Shown one piece after another: positions 39,511-50,759 of a stretch of 64,000 nt of DNA (its first letter is position 1; each line of letters opens with the position of its first letter). The DNA is taken from positions 149,923 through 213,922 of IMG/VR virus record IMGVR_UViG_3300014204_000112, one strand, 5' to 3'. The translations under genes were made by a program, and so were the position numbers. The DNA comes from a virus (Duplodnaviria; Caudoviricetes). Under the pieces are notes generated by a model. The model was not told where the DNA came from, searched no databases, and saw nothing but the letters and a program-made list of their open reading frames with translations.

Positions 39511-39955
39511 TTTATGTTGAGCGGCTTTGCCGGAACGCAACGAACTTTGATCTCTTTCTGCTTGTCCTTAGGATCAGAATTACATGTGCTCCATTGGTTG
39601 CAACTTTCGTCGTGAACCTTTACCTTTTCGTGAGGCATCGAATGCGGACAGACTCCGCACAGGTTTCCCAACTTACCGGCTTTATTACAGATGTACAGTT
39701 TCATCGTTCTCGTTATTTACAATTGTTTCAGGTAAACGAACTGGGCCTTTGTCAGATACGATTTGAGCAGTTGGCATAGGAATCCCTTTCTTATCGAAAG
39801 CTTCCTTAACGTTCTGGAAAATGCCTTTCATTACTTTATTCCATTCCTCATTATTCTTCTTGTCGCCAGGAATGTACGGCATTATGTCCATCCCGATCGT
39901 TTTAGCTGCAACGTGTTTTGCTCTTGGCAATAACGGCTTATCCAGTTCTTCCATG

Positions 39956-40501
39956 TTACCTACTTCTTTGTTTCGAGCGCAAAGGAACTTTGTTCGCAAT
40001 GTGCCAAAAGGCAACGTTTGCAATTCTCTGTTCTTCGGTCAAGCGAGCGCTCATCTTCTTGTAGAAATCGCTCTGAAGCCAGTCAGGGTATTCCATGTTG
40101 CCACGAGTCTTGTTGCATTTCCTGCAAGCACAGAGCAAATTATTGACAACGCTGTCGCCCATCATTTCCCACCGTACGACATGGTCGACGGTCAATGGAA
40201 CGTCATTAGCTCCACAGTACCTGCAAGCATATCCATCCCTACGGTAAACTGCCCATGAAACTCCTTGTTCGATGTTGCGTTGGGACTTACGAAGAACGAC
40301 CTTGTGAAGACTGGTTATCTGTAAGGTGTCCAACTGATTAAAGATCTCTTGCAAGTCTTCAACTGAAGGAAACAGAGTTTCGGTATGACAGTCCATCCGT
40401 TCTTCTGGGAATACTAGAATTTCCTTGTAGTTTGCATTGCCTACTATGATACCAGCAATCGTGTACTCGTTGCCGTACTTTTCTAATTTTTCCTGGTTCA
40501 T
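39956..40501 (-). CDS. HNH endonuclease
   Basis: RDG..CRYCG...TVDHV...NL..AC..CN..RG. Confidence 0.85.
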   Translation of the reverse strand: MNQEKLEKYGNEYTIAGIIVGNANYKEILVFPEERMDCHTETLFPSVEDLQEIFNQLDTLQITSLHKVVLRKSQRNIEQGVSWAVYRRDGYACRYCGANDVPLTVDHVVRWEMMGDSVVNNLLCACRKCNKTRGNMEYPDWLQSDFYKKMSARLTEEQRIANVAFWHIANKVPLRSKQRSR

Positions 40502-40860
40502 GCTGTTATTATTTCTGGTACGTATTCCATGAATGCTTCAACGTAATTGATGTCCTCTCCTCTGCTTGCTCTAACCATTCCTTTTTCCCATGGAGTCATT
40601 GATTCGAACGGTTCGTGAATATCCCAGTACAATTTCTCAAGTTTTTGAGCTATTTCGTATGGGATTCCCTTTGTTACCAAGTTCTGGGCAACTTCGCCAA
40701 AGAAATTGTTGGTATTGCAACAGTTACACAGAAAATGTTGACGAAATTCTCCATCGAACATGAATCCTAAGTTACTAGGTTCGTTTCTGTGTTCTGTTAT
40801 TTTTCCGCAAGCATTGCAATGTATTAAGTATGTCTTACTCATTTTCGTAATTTTTACCTA

Positions 40861-42699
40861 TTATACCGATTTCGCAAGGAGTTTTTCCTTTCTTGCGCTT
40901 GGATCCGGACCAAACCAATCGATCAAGCTCTTTGCTGAATGCTCGTCATTGACCAGTTTTACCAGAACGGGCTTGTGAATGATGTCCTTGTACTCTTCGT
41001 TCTCGAGAGCTGCAAGGCCCTTCTTGTACTCGATGTCCCAAGCCTTTGCTTTGTTCTTGCGTTCCCATGCAACGAATTCCTCGTCCGAATAGAAGAGAAT
41101 GGTTTCCTTGCCCTTCTTTGCAACGACTAACGGAGTCATGACCTTGAAGACTCGACCTTGATTGATGAGGTCCGGCCAGTACTTGTTGAAGAAGTTTATG
41201 ACCGAAGCAGAGATGTGGTCTCCGTCGGGATCTGCATCCGTGTACAGATAAATTTTTCCGTACCTTAGGGCGCTTGGGTACTCACCGAATTTTATTCCTA
41301 ATGAAGCCATCAACTGGACGGCCTCATCATTCTTGATCACCTCGGTATTGGTCATTTCACTTACGTTGATGAACTTACCACGTAATGGGAATGCTCCGAA
41401 CTGTTGAGGATCCCTGAACTTACGAACGGCAGATACGGCTGAGTTTCCCTCGAATATTCCGAGCACGCAACGTTGACGATCGCGACCCTTTGCATCAATG
41501 AGCTTCAGCACTTTAGCCGTTCCCAATGATTTGTTCAGCTTACGAAGTTCAGTACGTTCTTCCGCTGCTTTCTTCTGTTCGATCCAATCCAATAGTGACT
41601 GAACTACTGCAGATTCGAAAAGAGCTTTATTGAATTTGTCAGAAACTTTGTGAGTAGTTCCGAAGTCCTTAGGTTCCGTGATGAGACGAGTTTTTGTCTG
41701 GGAATCGAATGCCGGGTTTACGATCGTGCAATTCATGAACAGGAACATGTGCGCTCTGATTTCAGCAGGCTTCGCTTCGACCTTGTGTTTCTTCTTGATC
41801 ATTGCTCGAATCGCTTCGACCGCTTGGTACAGAATGAAGTTCTCGTGAGTTCCGCCCTCTTTTGTTTCGATAGAATTGACGAACGTAACGGATTGAAAAC
41901 CATCCTTTGATACGCCAATTGCGATTTCCCAGTCCTTCGACTTTTCCCATACGCTGTCCTTAACGTAGGTGTCAACGTATTCCTTGAAGGTCTTGAACTT
42001 GAATTTCTCCTTGTTGAACTCCAGCTTGAGTCCTGGATTGGAAGCGGCAATGTCAATCACGCGTTTGCGCATCATCTTCACGTGAGCTTCGTCGATCGTA
42101 GTAAGTCCGAATCTTTCAAGGTCCGGTTCGTATGTTATCTCAGTAAAGTGCTGAGTCATTGGTGAGATCTTCGGTTCGGTCTTCTTCGACATGTTGTCAG
42201 TGTAAATCTGAAGAAACCGATTCGTTCCGTCGGCAGTTTCGACCACGAACCTCTTTGAAAATATGTTGACTGCAGTTGCTCCGATCCCATTAGTTCCGGC
42301 AACGATTCGACTTTCGTCATCATCGAAGTTTGAACCAGCCCTAAGGTTGGAAAAAATCATTTCCGGAATCCACTGCTTGTGTTCCGTATGCTTGATTACT
42401 GGGATACCGCCATTGTCCATTACGGAAATGGTCCGATCGGTGACATGCACCTTAATGAGGTTCAACTTTCCACGTCTCTTATGTTCATCGACCGAGTTCG
42501 AAATGATCTCGTCGAAAAGCTTTAAGAAACCAGGATTGTACGTCAATTCCTCTTTCTCGTACATGCCATCAGTAAGGATCCACTCGCTTGCAGTGTGAGG
42601 CTTCGTGGAACCGATGTACATGCCTGGACGCTTGAGAACGTGTTCGATCTCGTCCAGTAATTGGTATTTCTCGCTGATTTCCTTGTGTTGCTTAGTCAT
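40861..42699 (-). CDS. Topoisomerase II large subunit (gp39+60/GyrB-like)
   Basis: RPGMYIG, EIISNSVDE, DNGGIP, EGNSA, PLRGK, DADPDG, KGL. Confidence 0.95.
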   Translation of the reverse strand: MTKQHKEISEKYQLLDEIEHVLKRPGMYIGSTKPHTASEWILTDGMYEKEELTYNPGFLKLFDEIISNSVDEHKRRGKLNLIKVHVTDRTISVMDNGGIPVIKHTEHKQWIPEMIFSNLRAGSNFDDDESRIVAGTNGIGATAVNIFSKRFVVETADGTNRFLQIYTDNMSKKTEPKISPMTQHFTEITYEPDLERFGLTTIDEAHVKMMRKRVIDIAASNPGLKLEFNKEKFKFKTFKEYVDTYVKDSVWEKSKDWEIAIGVSKDGFQSVTFVNSIETKEGGTHENFILYQAVEAIRAMIKKKHKVEAKPAEIRAHMFLFMNCTIVNPAFDSQTKTRLITEPKDFGTTHKVSDKFNKALFESAVVQSLLDWIEQKKAAEERTELRKLNKSLGTAKVLKLIDAKGRDRQRCVLGIFEGNSAVSAVRKFRDPQQFGAFPLRGKFINVSEMTNTEVIKNDEAVQLMASLGIKFGEYPSALRYGKIYLYTDADPDGDHISASVINFFNKYWPDLINQGRVFKVMTPLVVAKKGKETILFYSDEEFVAWERKNKAKAWDIEYKKGLAALENEEYKDIIHKPVLVKLVNDEHSAKSLIDWFGPDPSARKEKLLAKSV

Positions 42700-42703
42700 A
42701 TTA

Positions 42704-43663
42704 TTAGTTGAGGGTCTCTACTTCCTTTTTTATCGAAGTGACGGTCAAAGTTTTGGCCTTTTCTTGGGAAATGGTTTCAAGGAATTTTTCGAGGGTCAGA
42801 TCGCAGTACTCATCTGTCCAATCTCCAACGAAGTAAAGTTTCCTGCTTCCACGGATCATGCCGAAAAGAATTGGATCCTTTGCTTTCTCCTTCTGTTTCT
42901 TTGTCATCTGTGATGCATCGCCGGCCTTGTCAAAATGAAGGACAACATAATTGTCGAATATGCCTTCCTCATCGAACTTGTTTTTCAGGTTCTTTACTCG
43001 TTCCGGGATCGTTCTTGTGTAATTGCGCATCCATGTAAGCTTGATGAACCTTCCGTTGTTCTGAATTTCCTTGTAGAATTTAACAACGTCTTCCTCGCTC
43101 ACGTACTTGATGGATTGCTTGGTTCTCTTAGCATAATTAGTAAGAGCAAGCTCGCGGGTAAGAGCTCCACGCATGTCCTTGAGTATTTCGAACAAGGCCT
43201 GCTGCCCATTTTCCTGGGCTTCGTTAACTGCATCGACGTAGAATGCCAGGTCCTTTTCTTCGATGTTGAGGTCGGCAACTGCCTTCTTGATGTTGTGAAA
43301 GAAGTTATCGATCGTCTCGTACTTGATAACGTTCTTCATTTTCTTATCGCGATATGTGAAGAGCTTGGCGAACCCGTGCCTGAGCTTGTTCTTCCATGTT
43401 GGGTTCGCTGTGAGCAAGTAATCGAGGTACTCTCCGTAAAGAGCACGTTCGTCCCTTCCGCTTCCACGAAAAGACAGGCGTCCGCTAGCAGTTCGGTTGA
43501 TGAAACTGATTTCGTCTCCGTCGTCTATGTCTATCGATCCGCTAACCGTTGAAAATCCATTAGGGCCAGACCTCGGAATTTGATCCGAACTCCTTTTCTT
43601 TTTGAGATTCTCGTCAATGAAAAAGTCTTCGAAAACTGCTAATTTGTTGTCAGATGTTATCAT
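42704..43663 (-). CDS. Conserved hypothetical phage protein
   Basis: KDPILFG...LYFVGDW..EYCDLTL. Confidence 0.7.
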   Translation of the reverse strand: MITSDNKLAVFEDFFIDENLKKKRSSDQIPRSGPNGFSTVSGSIDIDDGDEISFINRTASGRLSFRGSGRDERALYGEYLDYLLTANPTWKNKLRHGFAKLFTYRDKKMKNVIKYETIDNFFHNIKKAVADLNIEEKDLAFYVDAVNEAQENGQQALFEILKDMRGALTRELALTNYAKRTKQSIKYVSEEDVVKFYKEIQNNGRFIKLTWMRNYTRTIPERVKNLKNKFDEEGIFDNYVVLHFDKAGDASQMTKKQKEKAKDPILFGMIRGSRKLYFVGDWTDEYCDLTLEKFLETISQEKAKTLTVTSIKKEVETLN

Positions 43664-43692
43664 AATCCTAAGAGTTAAAGGTTATTGTATTT

Positions 43693-44097
43693 CTATACAG
43701 GTAAAGGTTTTGGTTTGTTCAAACGTTCTGATATTCTATCTCTTATCATAGCAACTTGCTCGGCAGTTGGCTTGAAATCGTTCCAGTATTCCGGTTTTTT
43801 AGCGTAAATTTTCCAGTTATCTGCATAGCTCTGGATGTTGTACTTACGCCGCTCGCATTCATTACGAATTTGAAGGTACCGTTTGTACGTATAGAGCCCC
43901 TTGTCCAACCAGAATAACTCCTTGAAAGCAATTTTACCTTTCTTGATCTCGTAGAATGGAGTTGGAATGTCGTCGAACTTATTTTTAGCCAGCCTTTGAG
44001 CAAGGCGATGACACACTCGCTTGATTTCACGGTGTTCAGCAAGTAAATGAGCGCGTGTGAGTTCACGCACGGGGATTCCAGCATTGACTCTAGTCAT
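43693..44097 (-). CDS. denV: Pyrimidine-dimer DNA glycosylase (T4 endonuclease V-like)
   Basis: MTRVN...LLAEHREIKRV. Confidence 0.85.
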   Translation of the reverse strand: MTRVNAGIPVRELTRAHLLAEHREIKRVCHRLAQRLAKNKFDDIPTPFYEIKKGKIAFKELFWLDKGLYTYKRYLQIRNECERRKYNIQSYADNWKIYAKKPEYWNDFKPTAEQVAMIRDRISERLNKPKPLPV

Positions 44098-44132
44098 ACT
44101 GATATTATACCAATTTACTACTGATTTTGGAA

Positions 44133-44726
44133 TTAACTGCCCTTGTAACGGTTAACTATAAAACCCGGGTCAGTTCTGAGGTTCTTTGGAAATGATTCTA
44201 AATCTCCGTCCTTCGGATTTATATTCGCATTTATCCATCTTAGGCCATTGATGTAAATTTCTGGTCCTTCTCCTGGTAAACCATTGATCATTACTCCTGG
44301 ATCGCCTTTCCATTCTACATTTATCCTAACTCGTCTAATGTATCGAGTTTCGGTTATTTGCATTGCCCGCTGGTTTTTGGTGGCTTTAGTAGTTATCAAA
44401 AGACTACCATTGAATAATTGACGCTCAGTTGAAACAATATACCAGCCTTTTTCCTGCATCATTTTCCATTCAGGAGACCTCAGAGTTTCGTATATGCCGT
44501 ATGTAATTGCTTGCCCAAGAATCGGATCTTCTAGGGTTTTCATTCCACCGCCGGCTTTCTTAATGATTTCTCTTTTCTTTGCTCTAATTGCATCGCTTGA
44601 AACTAATCCGGCGCTTTGCAATGCAGTCAAGTCCTTAATGTGTTCTAGATCCTCGCGCTTTTCATCATCATTAAGGTATCCCTCATTAACTAACTCATTG
44701 AATTTCTTTACTTTGCGAGATTTCAT
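44133..44726 (-). CDS. CTS-bearing hypothetical protein (paralog of next)
   Basis: KKFNELVNE; shares DPILG, SPEW, LFNG, RY.RRV. Confidence 0.75.
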   Translation of the reverse strand: MKSRKVKKFNELVNEGYLNDDEKREDLEHIKDLTALQSAGLVSSDAIRAKKREIIKKAGGGMKTLEDPILGQAITYGIYETLRSPEWKMMQEKGWYIVSTERQLFNGSLLITTKATKNQRAMQITETRYIRRVRINVEWKGDPGVMINGLPGEGPEIYINGLRWINANINPKDGDLESFPKNLRTDPGFIVNRYKGS

Positions 44727-44727
44727 A

Positions 44728-45321
44728 TTACATCCTTGATTTTCCGTAAATAGTCAATGGTGTTTCAACTGCTTGCCTTGCACGTTTAGGCAAAAAAGCA
44801 CTAATATCGCTACGTGGATCAACTATTGCTTTTACCCAGCGAAATGCATTCAAGTATAAGTTAATTCCATCTCCTGGAATGTGGTTGATCACAACCTGAG
44901 CTTGTTGACCAGAGTTAGGGTATACTCTACGAACGTATCGATTGGTCGTTATTTGAAGGCCGGACCTTCCTTGATTTGCACTTATAATTAGAGTTCCATT
45001 GAACAAATGCCGATCGTTTGCAATGTTCTGCCAACCGTCCGCTTCAAGAGCTTGCCATTCAGGAGACTGCAAAGCACGATAAAGGTCCGGAGCCATTACT
45101 TCTCCGAGAATTGGGTCTTGCATCATTGCTCTTGATCCGCCAGCTTGCCGAACTATTTCATGGCGTCTCCGTTTGATTTGTTCAGGCTCTATCATACCTG
45201 CATCTCTCAATGCTATCAAATTGTCCATTTCGTCTTTAACTCCGCGTTTTTCATCATCATCTCGAAAGGCTTCGTTAACGAATTCGTGATAGTACTTTAT
45301 TGGATTACGGTTCATCGTCAA
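44728..45321 (-). CDS. CTS-bearing hypothetical protein (tandem paralog)
   Basis: KYYHEFVNE. Confidence 0.75.
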   Translation of the reverse strand: MTMNRNPIKYYHEFVNEAFRDDDEKRGVKDEMDNLIALRDAGMIEPEQIKRRRHEIVRQAGGSRAMMQDPILGEVMAPDLYRALQSPEWQALEADGWQNIANDRHLFNGTLIISANQGRSGLQITTNRYVRRVYPNSGQQAQVVINHIPGDGINLYLNAFRWVKAIVDPRSDISAFLPKRARQAVETPLTIYGKSRM

Positions 45322-46765
45322 AATGTATTTTTGCTTCTTTCAATAGAGCATGCAGCCTAGCGACTTCAGCAAAATCCCTACGGTCAAGAGCTTTATCGAT
45401 CAATTCCTGAATCTCGCTTGGAGCCAAGTCAGCATCTGCCCTTCCGTGAAATACTTCAGGTTCGATGTCCCTTCCTCCAGGTAAAGTATCGCCATCTTCC
45501 TCGTCTTGGTAATCTGTGTCGTCAGCATACGAATCGGTGTAAGCAGGTTCCTGCGATCTCTGCCATTCATCGAGTTCTTCCTTGATGAGGTCGATTATCT
45601 TCTGTACTTTTTGCCTTGCGATTGGCATTGCTTCGTTTGCGGCAGCAATTTCTGCTTCTGATGGTCTAGGATCGCCTTCGACAATAGTCCTGTACAACGG
45701 AGCCGCCGTCCATATAAGTTTCATTAACTCCAGGAATTCCTTGTCAGGAAGGACCTCTGCATTGATCATCTTGCCCCAAACGTACTCTCTACCGTTCTCC
45801 ATGTTCGTTACGTCAGGAAAGCTGTTCATGAAATCTCGTAGGTCTGCAGTCGTCAGCTTAGCGCGTTTTAGATCCTGAATCTCATCCTTCATTGTATCGG
45901 CATTCATGAACACCTTTGCAATGTCATCTTCACTCATGTGGGCTAATCCGCCCTGATTGATGAGACCGTAAATGCCCTTGATCGCTTCGTGAATGAGCAT
46001 CGAAAAATCGAGTCCACGAACGATAATGGTCGGAACCGTGTTCTCTTCAGTAGGCTCGTCGCTTCCTTCTTCTTCGTCATCATCTTCCTTTTCAACTTCG
46101 TCCTCTGCCTTTGGTGGAGTCCATTTGATTTCGGAAGCTCCACTGAATCCATCTCCCTGTTCCCACATCTGCTGAGCAACTTCTTCTGGCATTCTCCAAT
46201 CCATTGCAGTAGCAATGTCAGTGATCTTTATTAGAAGGTCTAGTATTTGCTTTCCTTGTGCTTCTCCGAAAATCTCGGTCATTCCATTGGTTGCAACTTC
46301 TCCAGTAAATAACTTCTTTGCATTGAGAGCTTCTCCCTGTGCGGTCATGTTCAGGATCTTACGCTTATGAATAGCGTTCTTGACATCATCGTCCTCAATC
46401 TCTTTGAATGAAGGTTCTTCCGGTTCCTCTGGTTTAGGAGGCTTCATCATTTTCTGAATGGCATCGTCAGTAGGAATCTTGATGTCAAGTTCAGTGTCTC
46501 CAAGAATCGAGCCGTACTGATCTAGAATGACTGCTTTGGCCAATTGTTCAAGTTCCTGTTCATGGCCTTTTTGCATGGCTTGAACTTGGTGAACGTACTG
46601 CATGAGATTCATCATGTCCCTACCGTACTTGCGTTCGATTCCTTGAACGTTATGTTCAGCTCGCTTATTCAGCGAAGCAAAATACTCTGGCGACATGGCC
46701 GGATTTTTCTGAATGTCCGCTTCGTTTATGAATTGCACGAAACCTTTGAATACTTTATCTTCCAT
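45305..46765 (-). CDS. CTS-bearing acidic hypothetical protein
   Basis: KGFVQFINE; 486 aa. Confidence 0.75.
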   Translation of the reverse strand: MEDKVFKGFVQFINEADIQKNPAMSPEYFASLNKRAEHNVQGIERKYGRDMMNLMQYVHQVQAMQKGHEQELEQLAKAVILDQYGSILGDTELDIKIPTDDAIQKMMKPPKPEEPEEPSFKEIEDDDVKNAIHKRKILNMTAQGEALNAKKLFTGEVATNGMTEIFGEAQGKQILDLLIKITDIATAMDWRMPEEVAQQMWEQGDGFSGASEIKWTPPKAEDEVEKEDDDEEEGSDEPTEENTVPTIIVRGLDFSMLIHEAIKGIYGLINQGGLAHMSEDDIAKVFMNADTMKDEIQDLKRAKLTTADLRDFMNSFPDVTNMENGREYVWGKMINAEVLPDKEFLELMKLIWTAAPLYRTIVEGDPRPSEAEIAAANEAMPIARQKVQKIIDLIKEELDEWQRSQEPAYTDSYADDTDYQDEEDGDTLPGGRDIEPEVFHGRADADLAPSEIQELIDKALDRRDFAEVARLHALLKEAKIHFDDEP

Positions 46766-49346
46766 TGAGGGCTTCTAATCTTTTTATAACTTCATCAGCT
46801 TCAGCTTTAGCCGGTTCCGGAGTTTTATGTGGTTGCCGTGTCGGAATAGGACCTGGCTTATTTGGAGTTGAAGGTTTAGTAGGGGTCTTAGTTGGAGTAC
46901 GAGTTGGAGTTTTCACCGGAGCAGGAGCGTCCATCGTAAGAGATTCTAACAGAGCATCTATTTCTGAGTCGATTCGCGTGATCGATTCCATTACCGATTC
47001 GATTTGATCATCCGGCACTCCGAGACCCTGTAAAATCTCTCTCTGCTGCGGAATAGTATTTCGCAACTGCGGGAACTTGTTTAACGATTCTGGATATTTT
47101 CTAACAGTAGCATTGACTATTTTGAAAAGCGAAAGAGTTTTCTCAATGATTCCTTTCTTTTCCGAGTCGGTTGCTTCTGGTAAAAGTTCAGCCAATAAGT
47201 AAGCGGAGAACTTGGAAGCTACACCGTATTGAGAATACAACTCGACAACTTGTTCCCTTGAAAGGGTAGCAGTTATACGAGTTCTCACGATGTCCAAAAT
47301 GATCAATAACGTTTCTGGAGTAGTTGCCGGATCCAATGTGTAACTCTGCTTGATGATATTGAACAGAAGAGTTTTAGTATCGTACTTGTTCAGACCAAGA
47401 TCGTAAACTATCTTCTTCACCATCACCTCATTTTGGAACTGAGCTTCGACTGCGTGTATCAGTATGTCTGGGTATCCAAGATTGTGGAAGTGTTTCTGAT
47501 ACGAGCATCCACTTTGGCTAGGATGAACGTCCCTGCTCGCTAGAGCATTGCTAGCAGCATAAGAGGAATTAGTGCAACGACCGTCGGAATACTGTCCGAA
47601 GAAGTTTGAGTCGTTCAAATCATGCGAATTTGAAACGTTTCCAGAATAGTTCACAGTATTTCCAGTCAAAAATAGAGGAGATCCAGGATTCTCTGCGAAA
47701 TCAAATATGTTTATCTGCAATGCGTTCGATGCATAACTTGAGAATGATCCACGATTGATGCACCAATTAGCAACAGCACAGAGAGCCTTTTGTGCTTTTT
47801 CAGTACGAAGGCTGAGGACCATGAACCGATCGTCCATGTAAAGAACTCCAGCTTCTGGATCAAGCTCGGCGATCTTATCCATTTTCTTCTTAACATCGAG
47901 GTTGGCATAACCCTTTATGAAATTAGCTATGTACTCGATAACTTCCTGGATCGGAAGGTTCTCCATCGATTTGATTTTCTGAAATAGCCTGTCAGTAATT
48001 TCCTTTCCTAATGCAGTCAATTGATGGGCAGATGCTAATAGAACTTTCTGCTCGCTTGGCTGTAACTCGCGATACTTTGCTTTTAGCCTGCTTGGCAATC
48101 TTTCTATTATCCACTTTGCTTCCTTTTCTCTGTCGATCGTTCTGATCTCGTCATTCAATGCTTCGAACCCGCTTACTCCGTTTATTTCTGGAGTAGCAGC
48201 GTACTGATCAATGCTTCTTGATAATTGCTGAATGATGTGCTTCTTAGTCCGTATCAGTCCAGCAAGTTCAGTCAAATCAGGCAATGGAATTCTCTGGTCG
48301 TAATGGAACTTAACGAAAGGCATGACGTATCCTGGTTGATCTCTCAATAGGTCTAATATAGCCTTGTAATCTTTAGACGCCAATGCTTTTTCGCGTTCTT
48401 CTGGAGTAAGATCAGCAACGTTCTTCTGCAGGTGGGCTGCCATTTTCTTTTGCATGTACACCTTTGCCGCAGCAATGTTTTCGTTTATTAGCTGATCGGT
48501 TCTTACCCAACCTGCAAATGATTCGACTATTCGCATATCCTTTTTGATTTCTTTTTTGAGCGGTTTCTCCTCTTCTTGCATTATCTTAGTATCGTCAGGT
48601 TTGAAACCTTCGTCCGAATAAATGGCGGAGTACGCTTTAGCTTGGAGTTTTATGAGCTTGCCAATGTAACCTTGGTTCCTTAGCTCTTTGAAGACTAGGT
48701 TTTCGATGGAGAATTCTCCCTCTTTCTGAAGGCTCGCATCTCTTGTGCTCGATATTTTCTTCTTGAGAACTTTCGTTCTGTCGAATATCAGTCGAGCATC
48801 TTCAATATCGTTGGCTGCAAGTAATTTGTTAAGTTCCTCTATTTCGTTCTTGTACGATTCGATCTTGTCCACAACGTAATGCATGTCAACGGTGGGTGGA
48901 TTGTAGGATGGTTTGCTGACCCATTCGTCCTTCAATAGAGAATAGATTCCGGAGGAGATGGTGTGTTTCTTCTTGTCCTGAATGTACATTTCGACATTGT
49001 GTCCCTTTATAGAAACAGGATGACGTAAGTTCCATACGAACTTTAATCCTTCAAGAGCCTTTTGAACTAGCTCCACGTTATCGTCAACTTCAGCAAAATC
49101 CACATGAACATGAACGTCGAGATCTGAGGTGTCAGACCAGTTGTAGTTTGCCATTGATCCAGTAAGATGGATGTCAACGATTGGCGCGTCAATTTTAAGG
49201 TCCGCGTAAAAGTCATGAGCTATTTGTAAAAGTTTAGTTCGGACTGCTGGGTCGAACTTTCCGTTCTGCCAGAAATCCGGATTGAGAATTCGGTTGTACA
49301 CCAACTTCTCAGTAACAAAGTGCGTAAAATTATTGACATGTCCCAT
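46755..49346 (-). CDS. CTS-bearing pol-beta-type nucleotidyltransferase fused to a large unknown domain
   Basis: LTGSMANYNWS..SDLDVH; ENLVFKELR. Confidence 0.8.
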   Translation of the reverse strand: MGHVNNFTHFVTEKLVYNRILNPDFWQNGKFDPAVRTKLLQIAHDFYADLKIDAPIVDIHLTGSMANYNWSDTSDLDVHVHVDFAEVDDNVELVQKALEGLKFVWNLRHPVSIKGHNVEMYIQDKKKHTISSGIYSLLKDEWVSKPSYNPPTVDMHYVVDKIESYKNEIEELNKLLAANDIEDARLIFDRTKVLKKKISSTRDASLQKEGEFSIENLVFKELRNQGYIGKLIKLQAKAYSAIYSDEGFKPDDTKIMQEEEKPLKKEIKKDMRIVESFAGWVRTDQLINENIAAAKVYMQKKMAAHLQKNVADLTPEEREKALASKDYKAILDLLRDQPGYVMPFVKFHYDQRIPLPDLTELAGLIRTKKHIIQQLSRSIDQYAATPEINGVSGFEALNDEIRTIDREKEAKWIIERLPSRLKAKYRELQPSEQKVLLASAHQLTALGKEITDRLFQKIKSMENLPIQEVIEYIANFIKGYANLDVKKKMDKIAELDPEAGVLYMDDRFMVLSLRTEKAQKALCAVANWCINRGSFSSYASNALQINIFDFAENPGSPLFLTGNTVNYSGNVSNSHDLNDSNFFGQYSDGRCTNSSYAASNALASRDVHPSQSGCSYQKHFHNLGYPDILIHAVEAQFQNEVMVKKIVYDLGLNKYDTKTLLFNIIKQSYTLDPATTPETLLIILDIVRTRITATLSREQVVELYSQYGVASKFSAYLLAELLPEATDSEKKGIIEKTLSLFKIVNATVRKYPESLNKFPQLRNTIPQQREILQGLGVPDDQIESVMESITRIDSEIDALLESLTMDAPAPVKTPTRTPTKTPTKPSTPNKPGPIPTRQPHKTPEPAKAEADEVIKRLEALNGR

Positions 49347-49355
49347 TACGGTTAT

Positions 49356-50759
49356 TTATTCGGTAGTGACGTACGGATTTATGTATCGCTGCCACATCTC
49401 TTCAGGAAACATGCTGCGATTATCACGTAAAAACGCGTAATACTTCGAATAGAACCGAGCTATTTCATCCTGCCCACACCGGTTAATAGGTTTTCTTGAA
49501 ATATCTGAAGATGCGAGCTTATGATTTTCAAAATTATTTGGGTTGTTTATGTCCCCACTTTGTTTATGTCCGGCCAGGTCATGGGGATCGGACCAGTTGA
49601 AACAGTAGGACGGAATGCAATTGTCGTAATGTTCATTCAACTGACCATCATCCCTGAGCTTGGTGTACCAACTCAAACCCTCGTAACCGGAGATGTCAGT
49701 TCTGAATCCGATTTCTCTTATCCGATTCATTTTAGTTATCACGGAAGCTTCCATCGTATTTTGTGCCAATTCCATATGGTCTGGCCTAGCGAAAAAGCTT
49801 TTCTTAGGTTTCCAAGCGTCTTTACTTACTTCAGTTATCTTTTCGACAGCTTGCCTGATATGCCAAGGCAAGTAAACGTCATCGTCATCTGCTAGCATGA
49901 AGTACTCTCCAGACGCATGAATTATTGCATCTCGACATATAGCTCCTCGATTGGTGTAAGGTTTTGCAGTCCGATAGTCCAAGTCATTATTGACCACGAT
50001 TATTCGACCGTCGTTTAGGGACTCGTCCAAGACAAGCTGGTTCTGCATGTCCGTGTTGAATATGATAAGTTCAGAATTCGTGTAATCCTGCTGCAAGAAC
50101 TGTTCTATTATTCTTTCTACGCACCGGTATCTGCGGTAAGTCGTACATACGAAACTTACTTTTCCTGGAATAATTTCTCTGTCCTTAGGTTTCTCGAGAA
50201 TCATTTGGTATGCGTTAAGCCTGACAATGTAATCTTTTTGCAAAAGGTACGGAATGACCAAGGCGCCTTTGCCAACGTATGTTACGTTATTATGAATGTC
50301 GTCTATGAGAACTAAAGCTCCATCCGCCAAAGTCCTTTCAGCAGCAATCATGGCCTTTAGATGATTGATCTCGGATCTTTTCAAATCATCCTCGCTTCCA
50401 CAGTAATCCCATGCATCCAAGTAAAGGAGATCGATAGGCTCGTTGAATGTTTCAAGGAAAGCTATGCCATCGTCCCTGTGCAAATGCACGGAATCAGTCA
50501 TTGTTCCAAGTCTGATGAGTTCTGACTGACAGAGATCGATGCACCTCTGATCAACGTCAACGCTATGCAGAGTTCCGCCGTACATTGAAACGAACGAACC
50601 GAATACCGTGGTAGAATTTCCGTCTCCATCAGGAGAATTAGCTCGCTGCATCCCAATTTCAACTATCATTGGATCCTTTTGGTAAATGAGCTTGCTTAGA
50701 GCCGAGATTATTCCGTTTCTTCCGGTGTATGGTATTTGAAAAGATTTTTCTACTAGCAT
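49356..50759 (-). CDS. Class I methyltransferase + GT2 glycosyltransferase fusion
   Basis: VEIG...IDLLYLD...LIDD; VSFVCTTY...ADDDDVYLP. Confidence 0.85.
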   Translation of the reverse strand: MLVEKSFQIPYTGRNGIISALSKLIYQKDPMIVEIGMQRANSPDGDGNSTTVFGSFVSMYGGTLHSVDVDQRCIDLCQSELIRLGTMTDSVHLHRDDGIAFLETFNEPIDLLYLDAWDYCGSEDDLKRSEINHLKAMIAAERTLADGALVLIDDIHNNVTYVGKGALVIPYLLQKDYIVRLNAYQMILEKPKDREIIPGKVSFVCTTYRRYRCVERIIEQFLQQDYTNSELIIFNTDMQNQLVLDESLNDGRIIVVNNDLDYRTAKPYTNRGAICRDAIIHASGEYFMLADDDDVYLPWHIRQAVEKITEVSKDAWKPKKSFFARPDHMELAQNTMEASVITKMNRIREIGFRTDISGYEGLSWYTKLRDDGQLNEHYDNCIPSYCFNWSDPHDLAGHKQSGDINNPNNFENHKLASSDISRKPINRCGQDEIARFYSKYYAFLRDNRSMFPEEMWQRYINPYVTTE